From Octopus sinensis (taxonomy: Eukaryota): a stretch of DNA of 64,000 nucleotides. The stretch lies in assembly GCF_006345805.1 (NCBI RefSeq), contig NC_043020.1, positions 22,010,001-22,074,000 of the forward strand, in the 5' to 3' direction. The translations under genes and the position numbers were made by a program. This document shows positions 25,279 to 38,319 of the stretch, piece by piece (position 1 is the first letter of the stretch; the number at the start of each line of letters is the position of its first letter). The notes under the pieces were generated by a model. The model was given only the letters and a program-made list of their open reading frames with translations. It searched no databases and was not told the DNA's origin.

Positions 25279-27382
25279 GCAATATCGTTTCCCTCATTGC
25301 TATCTTCACTGTTTGAGAAGAGTATTAAGAATGATCTCGTTTGAGATTACAAACATCTTTGGCTAGTTCAACGTTGTTGTAACCACTAACTTGATTGGTT
25401 GACATGTGACACGAGTGGTCTCTACTACTTTCGCACCGCTGGTTGTCACGTGACGCGATTTGCCTCCGCTTATTTTCGCGCCATTTGTTCCAAGCAGCCA
25501 ATCACAGCTTTTCATTTCTGAAGTTCGTTTGAGCCACATAAACCTTATATAAAGAAGTGTTCTCAGACATTTTTCGTCTTAGGTTTCTAGTCCTTCTCAG
25601 GGCTAACCTCTGACCACAGAGCTCGTCTTAGGTTTTTAGTTCTTTTCAGAGCTAAACCTCTGACCACAGAGCTCGTCTTTGGTTCCAGTTCTTTTCAGGG
25701 CGGACCTCTGACCACACAGAGCATACCAACCATATTCCGGTTCGAAAGGCAGGCGATCACCAAGCATAACTATCCACGAAGATTTAGCTTGTACACAAGA
25801 TGTTACAGATTCCTCTCATACTGTTAGTGTGAAAATATCACCACGAAAAGAACGGTTACAGGATATCTATAACTAGAGAAAAATAACCAAGCAGAATATA
25901 TAATGAAGACGCAGCAAAAACCAAGCGATAGACACAACTCATCGCCAAACATCGTCTCTATCTACGAAGATTTAATTTGTACACAAGACAATTACAGATT
26001 CAACTCTAACGGTTAGGTGAAAATCTCACCACGGGAAAAACGGCTACGGTTAATATATCTGGAAGTATATTCATATCAAGAGAAAGATAAACACAAGTGA
26101 TTCAATTAATCTCAACTCCGAGACGCAACATCTTGATATGGAACTCTTATACTCCGTGTACCTCATAAACGGTAAATCAATTATCTGGGATCTTTTCCTT
26201 TTGAAGGCCAGATTTTCCTAGTTAACTAAAAAATTTGAAACTTCGTATACTGGTAGAATGTGTCAAAAGAAAACATTATTGTAAACAAAATTGTAATTCG
26301 TAACTTAAACGTAGTTTAATTTTAAGAATTTTAACCAATGAAATCGCAGCATTCGAGCTCAAATTATTTACCTCTTCTTCTGTTTTCTACATGTACTAGA
26401 AATAACAGCTATATCTCTTAAATCGATTAATTTAATATTTTCCTTATTTTGTTTTTTACCGAAAAGGCTTCTCCCATGGTTTTGAAGGGCCAGAAACAAC
26501 AAAAACAAAACAATAATATGCCTAAATCGGTCTCGAGTTTCCGCGTGGAGTGTTAGTAGTATTGTAAAAATTTGCGAAATATTTTTTCATAAAAGGATGC
26601 CCCCAGCTTGTCGGAAGCTGTGATATAAATTGGGAAAAAAATCCTCGACACCAGTGCGTAATTGGTACTTAATTTATCGACCCCGAAACGATGAAACATT
26701 GACCCCACCCCCCTTCTGTGCAAATTTGTGTATTTTTGCTTGTGTACGTATGTGTGTGTATGTATATGTCCGTTTGTACGTGTGTGTACGCTTATATATT
26801 AATTACTATGTGCTTGTGCAAATGTGCGTGTGTGTGTGAGTCGTGCGGCTGCTATATTTCTTTATCAATATCGATAACGAAGCAATGTTGGGATTTCATT
26901 GGTTAAAATTCGTAAAAATTGAACTACGTTTAAGTTACAAATTACAATTTTGTTTACAATAATGTTTTCTTTTGATACATTCTACCAGTATACAAAGTTT
27001 CAAATTTTTTAGTTAACTAGGAAAATCTGGCCTTCAAAAAGAAAAGATCCATTATCTGTCTTGAGTTCTAGTTCTTCTAAGAACTACTTTAAGCCATCTT
27101 CTACTAACTTTTCTATGTCAATCACATTCACCTGATTTGCTCTGTCGCGCTCACGAACACACGGACACAAAAACATGCTAACACTTACGAACTCTTAAAA
27201 TTTACACGATTGTAAAATATGTAAAATAAATAATGTATATATCTCAAAAAGAAATCTTGTTGTCATTCCAATTGTGTTCTGTTGCCGCTGTATGTATTAT
27301 ATGGTCTGTAATAACTCATTAAGAATGGGATCGCGTGCGATTGTATTCCCTACACAATGCGACCGCATGTGATCCTATTCTT
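25275..27382 (+). mobile_element. LTR-like non-coding element inserted in (TA)n, interrupted by a MITE
   Basis: Starts TGTAG, CTACA at 27350-27354; CCAAT (about 25498) and TATATAAA (about 25546) boxes, three units of about 56 bp (25574-25720), two related units at about 25770 and 25958, AATAAA near 27225; (TA)n on both flanks. No clean TSD. Confidence 0.5.
26188..27050. mobile_element. Merlin-type MITE with TIRs of about 165 bp
   Basis: GGATCTTTTCCTTTTGAAGGCCAGATTTTCCTAGTTAAC... inverted at 26885-27050; perfect 8-bp TSD ATTATCTG (26180-26187, 27051-27058). Confidence 0.92.
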
Positions 27383-28813
27383 ATATATATATATAATATG
27401 TAGAAAAATACAAACTGGGACAAGAACGTAAAACATTTAGAAGACGATACAAAAACACGGACGGGACATTCGAAGCCTTCAATCTTCAGTCAAGAACCGG
27501 ATCATCGTAGCAATTTCGGCTGATTAATCTTGAGATCGCTCCGATCCGGCCAGCCCCAAGGAAAAACTAAGCTACGAGCATTAGATTTCTTGGAAGAAGG
27601 ATCGAATGTATACGAAACAGGGACAGAAAAACGGACGATATATATATATATATATGTGTGTGTATGTGTGTACACATATATGTGTGCGTATGTGTATATG
27701 TCCGTGTACGTGCGCGCGCGTATATTTGTGCGTGTGTGAGATTTTAGCATCTTTCGTCTTGTCGAAAGAAATTAAAACTATTTTCTGTTTTGTGATTATG
27801 ACGTCATAATGGCGATAACGTTTCTCGGAGATTTTCGTTACAAAAGTCTTCAGTCTCTTTCAACCTTTCACGGTGATTAGAGGCTAGGGAATGTGTGCGT
27901 CGGGGGACGTACCCAGGCAGTTGAAGACTAGAGTGAAGTGGGAGTCATCTTCACCTTGTTTTCTGTGTTTGTGGGGATATTTTATGCACGCTTAAGTTCT
28001 TAAACACCCAGTGTAACATGCTGGTTGGTAGCATAACATAGTTACAAGTTGTACGGTAGTGTCACTGTAACTGTATGTACTTTTAGCCAGGCGATTCCAG
28101 TACAGGAAACCTGGGGGGGTCCAACCAAAAACATTCCACATTCTCCATACATTCCCGCAGAATAATTTATCCTAAATAATTCTGTGACAGTAAAGAGAAA
28201 TATCAGTAACGTTAAATAACAAACAAAATGATAAAACACGAAATAATTATCACTTAATAAATAATTCATGCGCATATCAACAAAATAATATAAATATGGT
28301 GAGTATTTTAATAAGAATTTAGTTTGTTACTTTCAAAATGTTTGGGCATCTTTTCAATTTACTTCTATAATAAAGCAACATTTTTCATTCGATGAACGTG
28401 GTAAGTATTTTCGTAAAAAGTCTTGCTTTAAAATGTTTGAACATTTCAAATCATTTTTGTCATAAAGCAACATTTATTCTTCATTCGATGTTTGATATAC
28501 TACATGAAGATGGAGAATATTTTTATAAAATGTTTGTTGCTCAAAATGTCTGAGCATTTAAATTTACTTCTATAGCATACTTCCTTCGATGTTCGATAAA
28601 CTGCAACAGAATGGTGAGTATTTTAATAAAAAAAAGTAAGTTTTGCTATTAAAATGTTTGAGCTTTCTTACAAGTTATTTGGATACCAAAATAGTTATTC
28701 TTCATTCGATGTTCGGTATACTGCATACATCACTATTATTATAATACTAGCAGTATAACCCGGCCTTGCCGGTATTAAGTTACGATTATTAAGCTAATCA
28801 AGTTCTTTATTTC

Positions 28814-29361
28814 TGTAGTGACGCTATACAGCGGCGCGCGCGCGCACCGTCCATTCCTGTTTCGCGCGTGCGGGGTTGGTGCTTTCACCACCGGAAGAAG
28901 AACCCTTTTGCCTACGTGGCAGTTAGCCGAGGCAAGGGGATCGTAGAACGTTTGACCACTAGCAGCAGTCAGCAGCGACTTGAGACATGGCTATCGAAGG
29001 TACAACACATATATTCTCTCTGTCCGTATTTGATAGCAGTCGGCTGAAGATTTTAACCAAATTATTGCAGACTACATCATCTTCCTTTCTCCGGACGCCA
29101 TCTTTGACAAGTGTCGCTTTGCATTTGAACACTTTCTTATTTTACAGCGATAAGGTTCAGCTGAGACACATCTATACCAAAGGGATGCCAGATACACCAA
29201 TTATCTGTTACCACATAAGAGAATAAAGTAGATATATATATATTTTACGTCTGCGTCTTGTTGTTTCTGACTGGTAGAGAATCTGGATATTAAAGCAACG
29301 GAAAGTGATTGCGTCTCGCACCCCCAAAAGGTCCAGAGAAGATATTCACACTGACGTTACA
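28814..29361 (+). mobile_element. Solo LTR (548 bp), probably Gypsy-type
   Basis: TGTA...TACA termini, 4-bp TSD TTTC (28810-28813, 29362-29365), AATAAA at 29222; the sister Helitron copy shows the empty site with a single TTTC. Confidence 0.85.
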
Positions 29362-29639
29362 TTTCAAACCAAATTAAGTAATTTGAGCGAAATCCGTTGA
29401 AATTAGTTATATTATATATATATGTTATATATGTTATATATATATTATACATATTATACAAAATGAGAAAATGGAGAAATATATCTAAATCATTCATCAA
29501 CTATCAGATAATACCGAATCATATACTTTATTAAAACACTACACAAGAGCATTAAGATTAGACATAAATACAGTACAACAATTACAATCAATATAATTAG
29601 ATATAACTAAATAAATATAACAAGATATAAAAACACATA

Positions 29640-29771
29640 TACATTATAACTGACAGCTGTTTCGGCCATGCAGATAGGTATGTCTCATTTAACCTATATT
29701 AGCGATATATTACAGGTATAAATGAGACATTAACAAAATTATCTTACGGCCTCTTCGGAGATTCTAATGTA
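29640..29771 (-). ncRNA. Type I minimal hammerhead-ribozyme-like motif with 88-nt stem II (Penelope-like fragment)
   Basis: Minus strand TACATTAGAATCT CCGAAGA GGCC..GGCC GAAAC AGCT GTC AGTTATAATGTA; core has U4->C. Confidence 0.65.
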
Positions 29772-30790
29772 AATATGAGTACATACCCAAAAAACATTTA
29801 CATATAAATATAAATATGAGTTCATATATACTCATATCCTTATATATATACACATATACACATACATAATAATATAAATCAATATATATCAATAAACATA
29901 ATAATGTTCTATATTGAATGTTTATAGTTCATCAACCAATATTAAGAAATTACAACAGATATATTCATACTTAATGCAGACATATATAGTAAATAGTTCA
30001 TTATATTAATTTGTGTTACTTTAAAAAAAGTCAATAATGCTATACTAACAACATCATTACTAATCAAACAATACATATATCTCACAATTAACAACATAGT
30101 AGCAAACACTGAAGGCCAATAAATACCACCATAGTATTACTCAAGGCAAATAGATATCTGCATATATATGTAATCAGTCAAATTCTTTTGTTTGCATGGT
30201 ATATATAATATAATATAAATATATATGGGCAATAGACACGAACACACATACACACACGTACGTACGTACACCTATTGCATGTTTTGTGCACGTATACATG
30301 TTCATAAACAGAAATGAATGGAAAAAAATGTTAAATGTGTAGATTAACACTCGCACGATTTTCACTAAGAAAAAATTTTTTTTTTTTTTTGCGTGGAATC
30401 AACTACTCTGGCCTCAAAACCCTTTTTGTCATCCTTGAAACGGAGTGGGTGTGGTGGAAGCCTCGCAAATTGTACCCATTTATAATTGTGTAATTCACTG
30501 ACAAATTGTTACTCACCTCTTTGTTTCTTTGTTGTTAAATAAATGAATTGTCAACAAAACGCTTTTTTACTCGGCGTAAAATAAAAACAAAACTTTTTCG
30601 CACCCAAAGTAATGTGTGTGAGAGAGAGAGGAGGGAGAAAGATGATCGATCTAGAATAAATAAATGATTTAAAATAAATATATTGTAATTGTTGTGTGAG
30701 AAAGTAATATATACTATGATTATAAAATATAGTGTGCCTTTCAAAAACGAAAAACAACACATTTGACATTTTATTTTTTATGAACGTCAT

Positions 30791-30901
<111 letters not shown>

Positions 30902-31214
30902 TCTCACTTTCTTTCTCGTGAAACTCTCTGCCTCCTTCTCTCACTTTTCTTTATCTTATTTCTTTTTTGTTAGACGCTGGCAAAAAAGCTAAGGCCGATA
31001 TTTTTTGTGGCTAAAAGCTATGTCTGAAAATAGATATTTACGCTACCCACGGGTGCCTCGGGGGGAAAATAAGTTGACAAAACCCAGACAGGATGTTGAC
31101 AAATGTCCTCCTAAAATTTGAGCGACATGCGTGCTAATTTGTGGACGTGCATAAATTACAATCATGTACACACGCACACATGCACACACATCCTCCCTTT
31201 TATAGATGTGATGA

Positions 31215-32314
31215 CTAGCAGTATAACCCGGCCTTGCCCAGTATTAAGTTACAATTATTAAGCTAATCAAGTTCTATATTTCAAACCAAACTAAGTAATA
31301 TAGACGTCAAATTTGGGCGAAATCCGTTGAAATTAGTTATATTATATATATATATGTTATATATATATTATATATATTATATATATATATATTATATATA
31401 TATATAATATAATATAAATATTTATGGGCTACAGACACGAACACACATACCCACACGTACGTACGTACACCTATTGCATGTTTTGTGCACGTATACATGT
31501 TCATAAACAGAAATGAATGGAAAAAATGTTGTTAAATGTGTAGATTAACACTCGCACGATTTTCACTAAGAAAAAAAATCGTTTTTTTTTTTTGCATGGA
31601 ATCAACTACTCTGGCCTCAAAACCCTTTTTATGGTTCGTGAAACGGAGTGGGGTGTGGTGGAAGCCTCGCAAATTGTACCCATTTATATTGTGTAATTCA
31701 CTGACAAATTGTTACTCACCTCTTTGTTTCTTTGTTGTTAAATAAATGAATTGTCAACAAAACACTTTTTTACTCGGCGTAAAATAAAAACAAAACTCTT
31801 TCGCACCCAAAGTAATGTGTGTGTGAGAGAGAGGGGGGAGAAAGATGAACGATTTAAAATAAATATATTGTAATTGTTGTGTGGAAAAGTATATATACTA
31901 TGATTATAAAATATAGTGTGCCTTTCAAAAACGAAAAACAAAACATTTTACATTTTATTTTTTATGAACGTCATAACTTACTCTCTCTATCTCTCCCTCT
32001 CTCACTTTCTTTCCCGTGAAACTCTCTGCCTCCTTCTTCCACTTTTCTTTATCTTATTTTGTTTTTGTTAGACGCCATCAAAAAGCAATGGCTGATATTT
32101 GTTATGGTTAAAAGCTATGGTTGAAAATGGTTGAAAATAGATTTTTATCCTATCCGCGGGTGCCTCAGGTAAAAATTTAGTTGACAAAACCCAGATAGGA
32201 TGTTGACAAATGTCCTCCTAAAATTTGAGCGACGTGCGTGCTAATTTGTGGATGTGCATAAAATACAATCACGTACACACGCACGCACACACATCCTCCC
32301 TTTTATAGATATGA
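31215..32314 (-). mobile_element. Non-autonomous Helitron, copy 2 of the head-to-tail pair
   Basis: Same termini (CTAGCAGTATAACCCGGCCTTGCC) and body as 28747-31214, without the nested insertions. Confidence 0.85.
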
Positions 32315-32509
32315 TAACAGCAAGCTTTTGTTTTCAAGTGCATAATGTGCCAGGGCCTGTGTGTGCGTATGTGTGTCTGTGTGTTTATGTTGCAGTTTAT
32401 GTCTGTCAGTCTCCATCACTCATTTTCTTGCACTTTTCTCTCTCTCTCTCTCTCTCTCTCGATTTCCTATTTGAATCTGTCATCGACACCCTCAGACACG
32501 CATTTTATT

Positions 32510-32785
<276 letters not shown>

Positions 32786-32799
32786 GAACGATTTAAAAT

Positions 32800-33345
32800 A
32801 AAGTCAGTCTTCATCGTACTGGTGGCTATGGTGAAAGAATGTGCGTGGTGGATTCGAGCGAAAGGATTAGAGACAAACACTTACCTCTCTGGCCAATCGC
32901 TAATCAACTTTTTCAAGTACCACTTGAAAAGGAAGGTGAGAATGGAGAGGCAGGTTGTCTCGTGAAAGTTTCAAAAAAGGTAGGTGAATGTAGCAAAGAT
33001 GGTGTTTGAAACCAGTTTGAGCATGATCCTGTAAATCGTAAAAGAGAGAGATAGAGCACTTTGCTCTCATGTGTTTATTTTCCTCCCTGCCTGAGGTTAC
33101 CGTGGTCTTTTCTGTAGGCTTTTCTTTCCACGGATGAACCTAATCTTGTTTATTAATTTGAAAATTTTTTTTTCTTTCTGTGATACACGATCCCTTTTGA
33201 TCGCATTTTTTCCCGATCCCTTTTTATCGAAATTTTGCATTTGTTTCCTTTTCTTCTTTTTCCTTTCCCGTCTTCGAAAAGAAAAGCTCTACATTTGTAA
33301 TTGTCCCCTCTGTGTCCAGCCCTGTGTGGCCAATAAAGAAAGTTA
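32800..33345 (+). mobile_element. 5'-truncated Tx1-like LINE (ORF2 C-terminus and 3' UTR)
   Basis: VFIVLVAMVKECAWWIRAKGLETNTYLSGQSLINFFKYHLKRKVRMER matches the C-terminus of 46019-47548; 3' end CAGCCCTGTGTGGCCAATAAAGAAA. Confidence 0.88.
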
Positions 33346-33456
33346 TCTATCTAGCTAGTTAGCTAGATAGATAGCTATCTGTCTGTCTGTCTTGTGTGTC
33401 TGTCTTCTGTCTTTCTGTTTTGTCTGTCTACCTCCCTATTTCTGTCTGTTTATGTA

Positions 33457-33489
<33 letters not shown>

Positions 33490-33599
33490 ATGTATGTATG
33501 CTCATGCCCGCGCACGCGCGCGTGTGTGTATGCGAGCATGTGTTTATATGCGTTTGGGTGGGATAATACCTCTGATGAGGGACCATATGATGCTCATTG

Positions 33600-35490
33600 G
33601 ATAGTTCGTCCGCTTTGGTCCTCACCTGACACCTAGCTCCTATCTGTGGCTCTTCGAAGTTGTGTGCATGCAACAGCAGCCACACCCCGTGCAACGGCTT
33701 ACACAGTCCGGTTAAACCATAGCTTTCAACCCTCGGTGATGCATGTGAAAACTGAATCCGGTGGACTGCGCAGAGAATGGAAGGCGGACCAGCAAGCGTT
33801 GTAAGGGCGAGCAGGGTACAGTGACACACAAAGGAAGCTGCGGCTATCCATTGTATCCCAACTTATCTGTGGTTGTCTTGACTTCGTTGAAGTCCTGGGG
33901 CGATAGGCAAATGACAAAGCAGCAGGTATGGATACTGTATTCATAGACTGCACCCAGACGGACAAGGACACAGGGTTGCTCCCCGTTACTGAAGCAGCAG
34001 TGGAGTTCGGCATTCTCATGGACGTCTCTAGGATTGTTCTGTGCATCCCCGTGAGCTGAGGAAGGGGATAGAAAAGGTGCCCTAAACATGAATCGCTTCA
34101 CCTCACCCTGGCCTGCATTCTGCGCCGGGCGGTGATCGCAACCATGTGGTCGAAATAGCAAGATGAAAACTGGTGACATCGCTCACCATTGGCACATGGA
34201 ATGTGCGAACACTCTTGGACAGCTCCAAAGCAAACAGACCTGTGTTGGACAGCTCCAAAGCAAACAGACAGCGCTTGTTGCAAGAGAACTCGGCAGGACA
34301 AAAATCCACATTGCAGCTCTGAACTAGACCAGGCTTGCAGGCAAAGGTCAGTGACTGAGGTCAAAACCGGTTATACCTTCTTCTGAAGTGACCGTAGCAG
34401 CAACGAACGTCGTGAAGTAGGAGTGGGTTTTGCTATCAGATCTAGTCTGATCAGTAAGCTAACCACCATCTCCTGAATGACCGATTTCAGTCTCCCATCC
34501 CAGAGGAAAGTGCCATGCCACCACCATCATTATCTACGCCCTCACCATGACTTTTACGAAGACTTGGAAGCCCTCATAGCAGCTGTGCCTAAGGAGGACA
34601 AAGTCGTTGTTCTCGGCGGCTTCAACACCAGAGCTGGTACAGGCTACCAGACATGGGAGGGAGTCACTGGAGACAACAGGCCAAAGACAAGGCAGAAGAG
34701 GACTCAATGTGTGACTTCCTGTTCGCAGACGACTGCGCCCTCAGCTCCACCTCAGAGGCACAGATGCACCAGAATATAAACGGATTTTCCACTGCTTACA
34801 ACAACTTTGGCCTCAGTCAGTACTCAGAAAACAGAAGTCATGTGCCAACCTACCTCACAGAAACCGTATGTAGAACCAACTATCACCGTGGAAGGAGGAA
34901 AGTTGAAGGTTGTTAAGTTCACGTACTTCGGCGGCACACCCTCCGGGTCTGTGAACGTTGACCATGAAGTCGATACATTTGGGCGGCTACGTGAATCAGT
35001 GTAGGAGAGGGGGGCATTAAGCTGGCCACCATGTTGGTGTACAAAGCAGTTCTACTGCCTACACTATTGTACGCCTGCGAAACTTGGACGGTTTACGAAC
35101 ACCACGCCAAAACGTTAAACCGCTTCCACAGGAACTGAGAGAGCTGTTGAAAATCACCTGGCAAGATCTCTCGAGCTGATTAGCCAAGTATTTAACACAC
35201 TGTTGAGGAGAGCACAAGTCCAGTGAGTAGGCTACCTTGTTCGAATGCCTGACACGACTCTCCAAAAGACTGTCCGCGTAAGGTGGATAAAAAAAACGCT
35301 TCAAGGATACGCTCAAAGCTACGCGCTGCTCAGGCCTTCAGCAGTAGATGACTGTTGCTGTTGCTCTTGTCAACTCCGTTTCTTCCAGTGACTCCCTCCC
35401 ATATCTGGTAGTCTGTACCAGCTCTGGTGTTGAAGCCGCCAAGAACAACGAGTTTGTCCTCCTGAATAGCTTTGAGATCAACCTCGATAC
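33600..35490 (+). mobile_element. Degenerate, internally deleted RTE (BovB-like) LINE with an inverted endonuclease fragment at 35330-35490
   Basis: TIGTWNVRTLLD, GYTFF, EVGVGFAI, FYEDL..VVLGGFN, DFLFADDCAL, KTEVM, FTYFG, KKRFKDTLK; the minus-strand piece DKLVVLGGFNTRAGTDYQIWEGVTG repeats the endonuclease region. 5' boundary approximate. Confidence 0.85.
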
Positions 35491-35589
35491 CTGGGAAACG
35501 AAAGCATAAGACCACCATGCTCCGCCGGCTGTGCGCATATACACAGTCACAGCAGAATCTCTTTTTACGGACATGGAGTTATACGAGCT

Positions 35590-36000
35590 TGGTTACTCAA
35601 TATACCCATGCCATCAAACGAACTCTACATGAGGATTGCACGAGGATGCTACTCGAGAAAATCATTGACCTAATAAGGCACATGAGATGGAAGGCATACT
35701 TCAATGACCAAGCTACATTGCTCCTAAAGGTCAACAGTTACAACATCAGATCCAGAAGTTTCCCGCCCTGAAACAAAGACCTTGAAGCCTTCAAAGCGGA
35801 CCTACTGGATATCAACTGCAAACTTGGATTTTGCAAATCCTCCAGCCCTTTTCAGCGCAAGCTTTCTTCCGTTATTCGTCTCCTTAAAAATTCAGATTGG
35901 GCTTTACTCTTCTCTGATAAACAAACAAATAAACTATATAGAGAAGATACCATCGCGTATAATAGCCTGTTAAAGAATAGCACCACACAAAATTTCCAAA
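35590..36000 (+). pseudogene. Penelope-like element N-terminal ORF fragment
   Basis: LLEKIIDLIRHMRWKAYF..RSRSFPP..DLEAFKADLL..FSDKQTNKLY..YNSLLKN resembles the region upstream of RT in Penelope-like elements (recognised from memory). Confidence 0.6.
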
Positions 36001-36003
36001 ACA

Positions 36004-36500
36004 TCTCTTATATAAAATCCGTCCTGTCTGTCAGTGTGTGTGTCTTCTAGGATCTCGGGCATCCTCCATCCGATTGCGCTCAAATTTGATATGTAGCTAC
36101 CGACGGTATCAGGGCGTGTGTGTACGCGGTATTCAATGTAGTAAATATATTACATGAAAAAATTACAAAAATCGATTCCAGGTGAGAATGCGATCGATAA
36201 AGCCGTGGGAACGTGCATTTGTACGCGCAAGTACATCAGCTGTTGCGATGTACTTAATGGTACTTTAAACTCTTCGGTTGCATATTTGTGTGAATAAAAT
36301 CGTTTTTCTTTGGAATAAAAAAATTTATCTTTATTTCTTCTTTTGCTGGTGTCTCAAATTTAGGTTAAATCAGTTTCTCAAATTTGGGTTAACAAATGGG
36401 CTGGTCGGACAAGTTGTTTTGAGAAAATTTGGTTTAAATGTTTGACAACTCAGCACCGCCCATTGGACGGGGTGGGGGCGCGTTTTGATCGTTTTTCATA
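36004..36500 (+). mobile_element. Helitron-like 5' part
   Basis: A|TCTCTTATATAAAAT..GTCTGTC..CATCCGATTGCGCTCAAATTTG layout; 3' end not found. Confidence 0.5.
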
Positions 36501-38074
36501 AAAAGCTTTCCTGTATCATTTGAAAGTCTGCCAAGGAATTCTATTGCAAAAATTACCTGATAACGAAGGGATGCTCAGCGAGTGTGTACGTACCAATAAC
36601 GAGAACTGCTTCACGGATGGAGAGTTTATATTTCTATTCATACATTGTTATATATGTTTCGGCATGACATTATTATGGGACCACCTCACCATAGCCATTT
36701 GTGGTCCTATGAAAATACTTGTCATGCCGAAACATATGTAGCAATGCACGAATAAAAATATAAGATCTCCATCCGTTAAATATTTATCGTTATTAGTGAA
36801 TACCGCGTACATAACTCCCATGCAGTTAACTCAGCAGGTCAGGAATAATACATGGTAGCCAGCAACAAGTAACATAGGAGCTTTTATGATCGTACGGGCA
36901 GGCATTTGTCATATACAAAATGCAAACTTATACATAGATTCTTTCTAGCAATATTTGTTTTTGGTGTTTGCTCACTGGGTTCAAATCCCACAGAGGCCAA
37001 CTTTGCTTTTTATCATTTCGAGGTCGATAGACAAAGCACCAACTAAAAGTTTATGCAGTTCTCTCACCCTCCCTCCTTCCCCCTTTTCTCCTCGTCCCCT
37101 ACTCTTCTCTTTCTTGTCCTTCTCTCTCCCCAGATCGCATGTTTTTAGATGTGCCCAGTGGGTTTAAAAGAGAAGAGCCAGCAGTATGTCAATGTCTGTG
37201 GGAGTCTCTATGAGAATCTAAAACAACGAAAGCATGAGACAGTCGTCCTCAGTTGTGAGTGATGGACCTAGTTTTGCAATGGAGCCTTGGATACAGCAGA
37301 TACAACGACCCAATGAATAGCGAAAAAGTAGAGACCTGGTCAAGTCTCTATTTGGACTCGCGTCGCTTCGGTGGATGATGATTCTGCAAGACACGATTAC
37401 ACAACGATCTTAGTAGCCACTGACCCTCTGAGGAAAGTGTGATGGTGCTGGTGCTGGTGGCTTGGCTTGTTGAACAACCAGCACCCCGAATATTATTAAG
37501 GGCGACAGGATTTGTGCAGAATCGGTCCCATTTTCTCGTCCTTCTAACTTGTATTAGTCTGGGTTAACAAATGCCACGAGACCAGTAATTACCAGGATGC
37601 AGGATTTGTAAGAAGTTACCTTTTCTTAGTTGAACAGCTAAAAAGCTGAAGGGCCTCATCTGCCCTGGGTCTGTGAATGACCTTCTTCCGCAGGCAATTC
37701 CGTGACAAGCTCGTTAAGCAGTAGCTGGGACTCTGTTAGGTGTTTCCACCCCAGGTCAGAACAGACCAGGGAACAAAAGCGGTTAAGAGTTGGTTCCCTC
37801 TTCTTAAAAGCTGAACCCTAAACATCCCCCACCCACTACCGGATGCAGTTTAAAGTCATATCCAAGGAGGGCCCTATATTTTAAAGGTAAAGATTCATGT
37901 ATAGCGTAGAGGTTGACTCTAGTGTTATAAAGGTAAAGAACCTAGTTCTTGTAAAGAGGGTGGGTACCCAGAATTAATTATCTCCATTGTATCTCTACGG
38001 GTGCACAGTTTAGGGGAAAGTGATCCCGAATAATACGAGCAGATATTGGTACTAGGCTAGCAATTTAAGAGAAT

Positions 38075-38222
38075 GGGTAAGTCGATTACATCGACCTCAG
38101 TGCTGAACTGGTATTTATTCGACCCCGAAAAGATGAAAGGCAAAGGCAACCTTGACGGAATTTGAACTAAGAACATGGAGACGGAAGCAATACCACTAAG
38201 CATTTTGCCGGTTTGCCGCCTT
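38075..38222 (-). mobile_element. tRNA-derived SINE fragment (same family as 38320)
   Basis: Inverse of ATGCTTAG.GGTATT..GTTCAAATTCCG..GCCTTTCATC..GGGGTCGA. Confidence 0.75.
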
Positions 38223-38319
38223 ATATGGAGGATAATATTAAATCATCATCATCATCATCATCAACAACAACTGGATATAATTGTCTCAGGTCCTAGGACG
38301 AATAGGGCTGGTTACTTAA

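Noticed and set aside
25574-25720. Three units of about 56 bp resembling a CRISPR array
   Set aside because: Plain tandem repeat without variable spacers.
33572-33625. CTGATGA followed by a GGACCA/TGGTCC stem
   Set aside because: No GAAA box after the stem.
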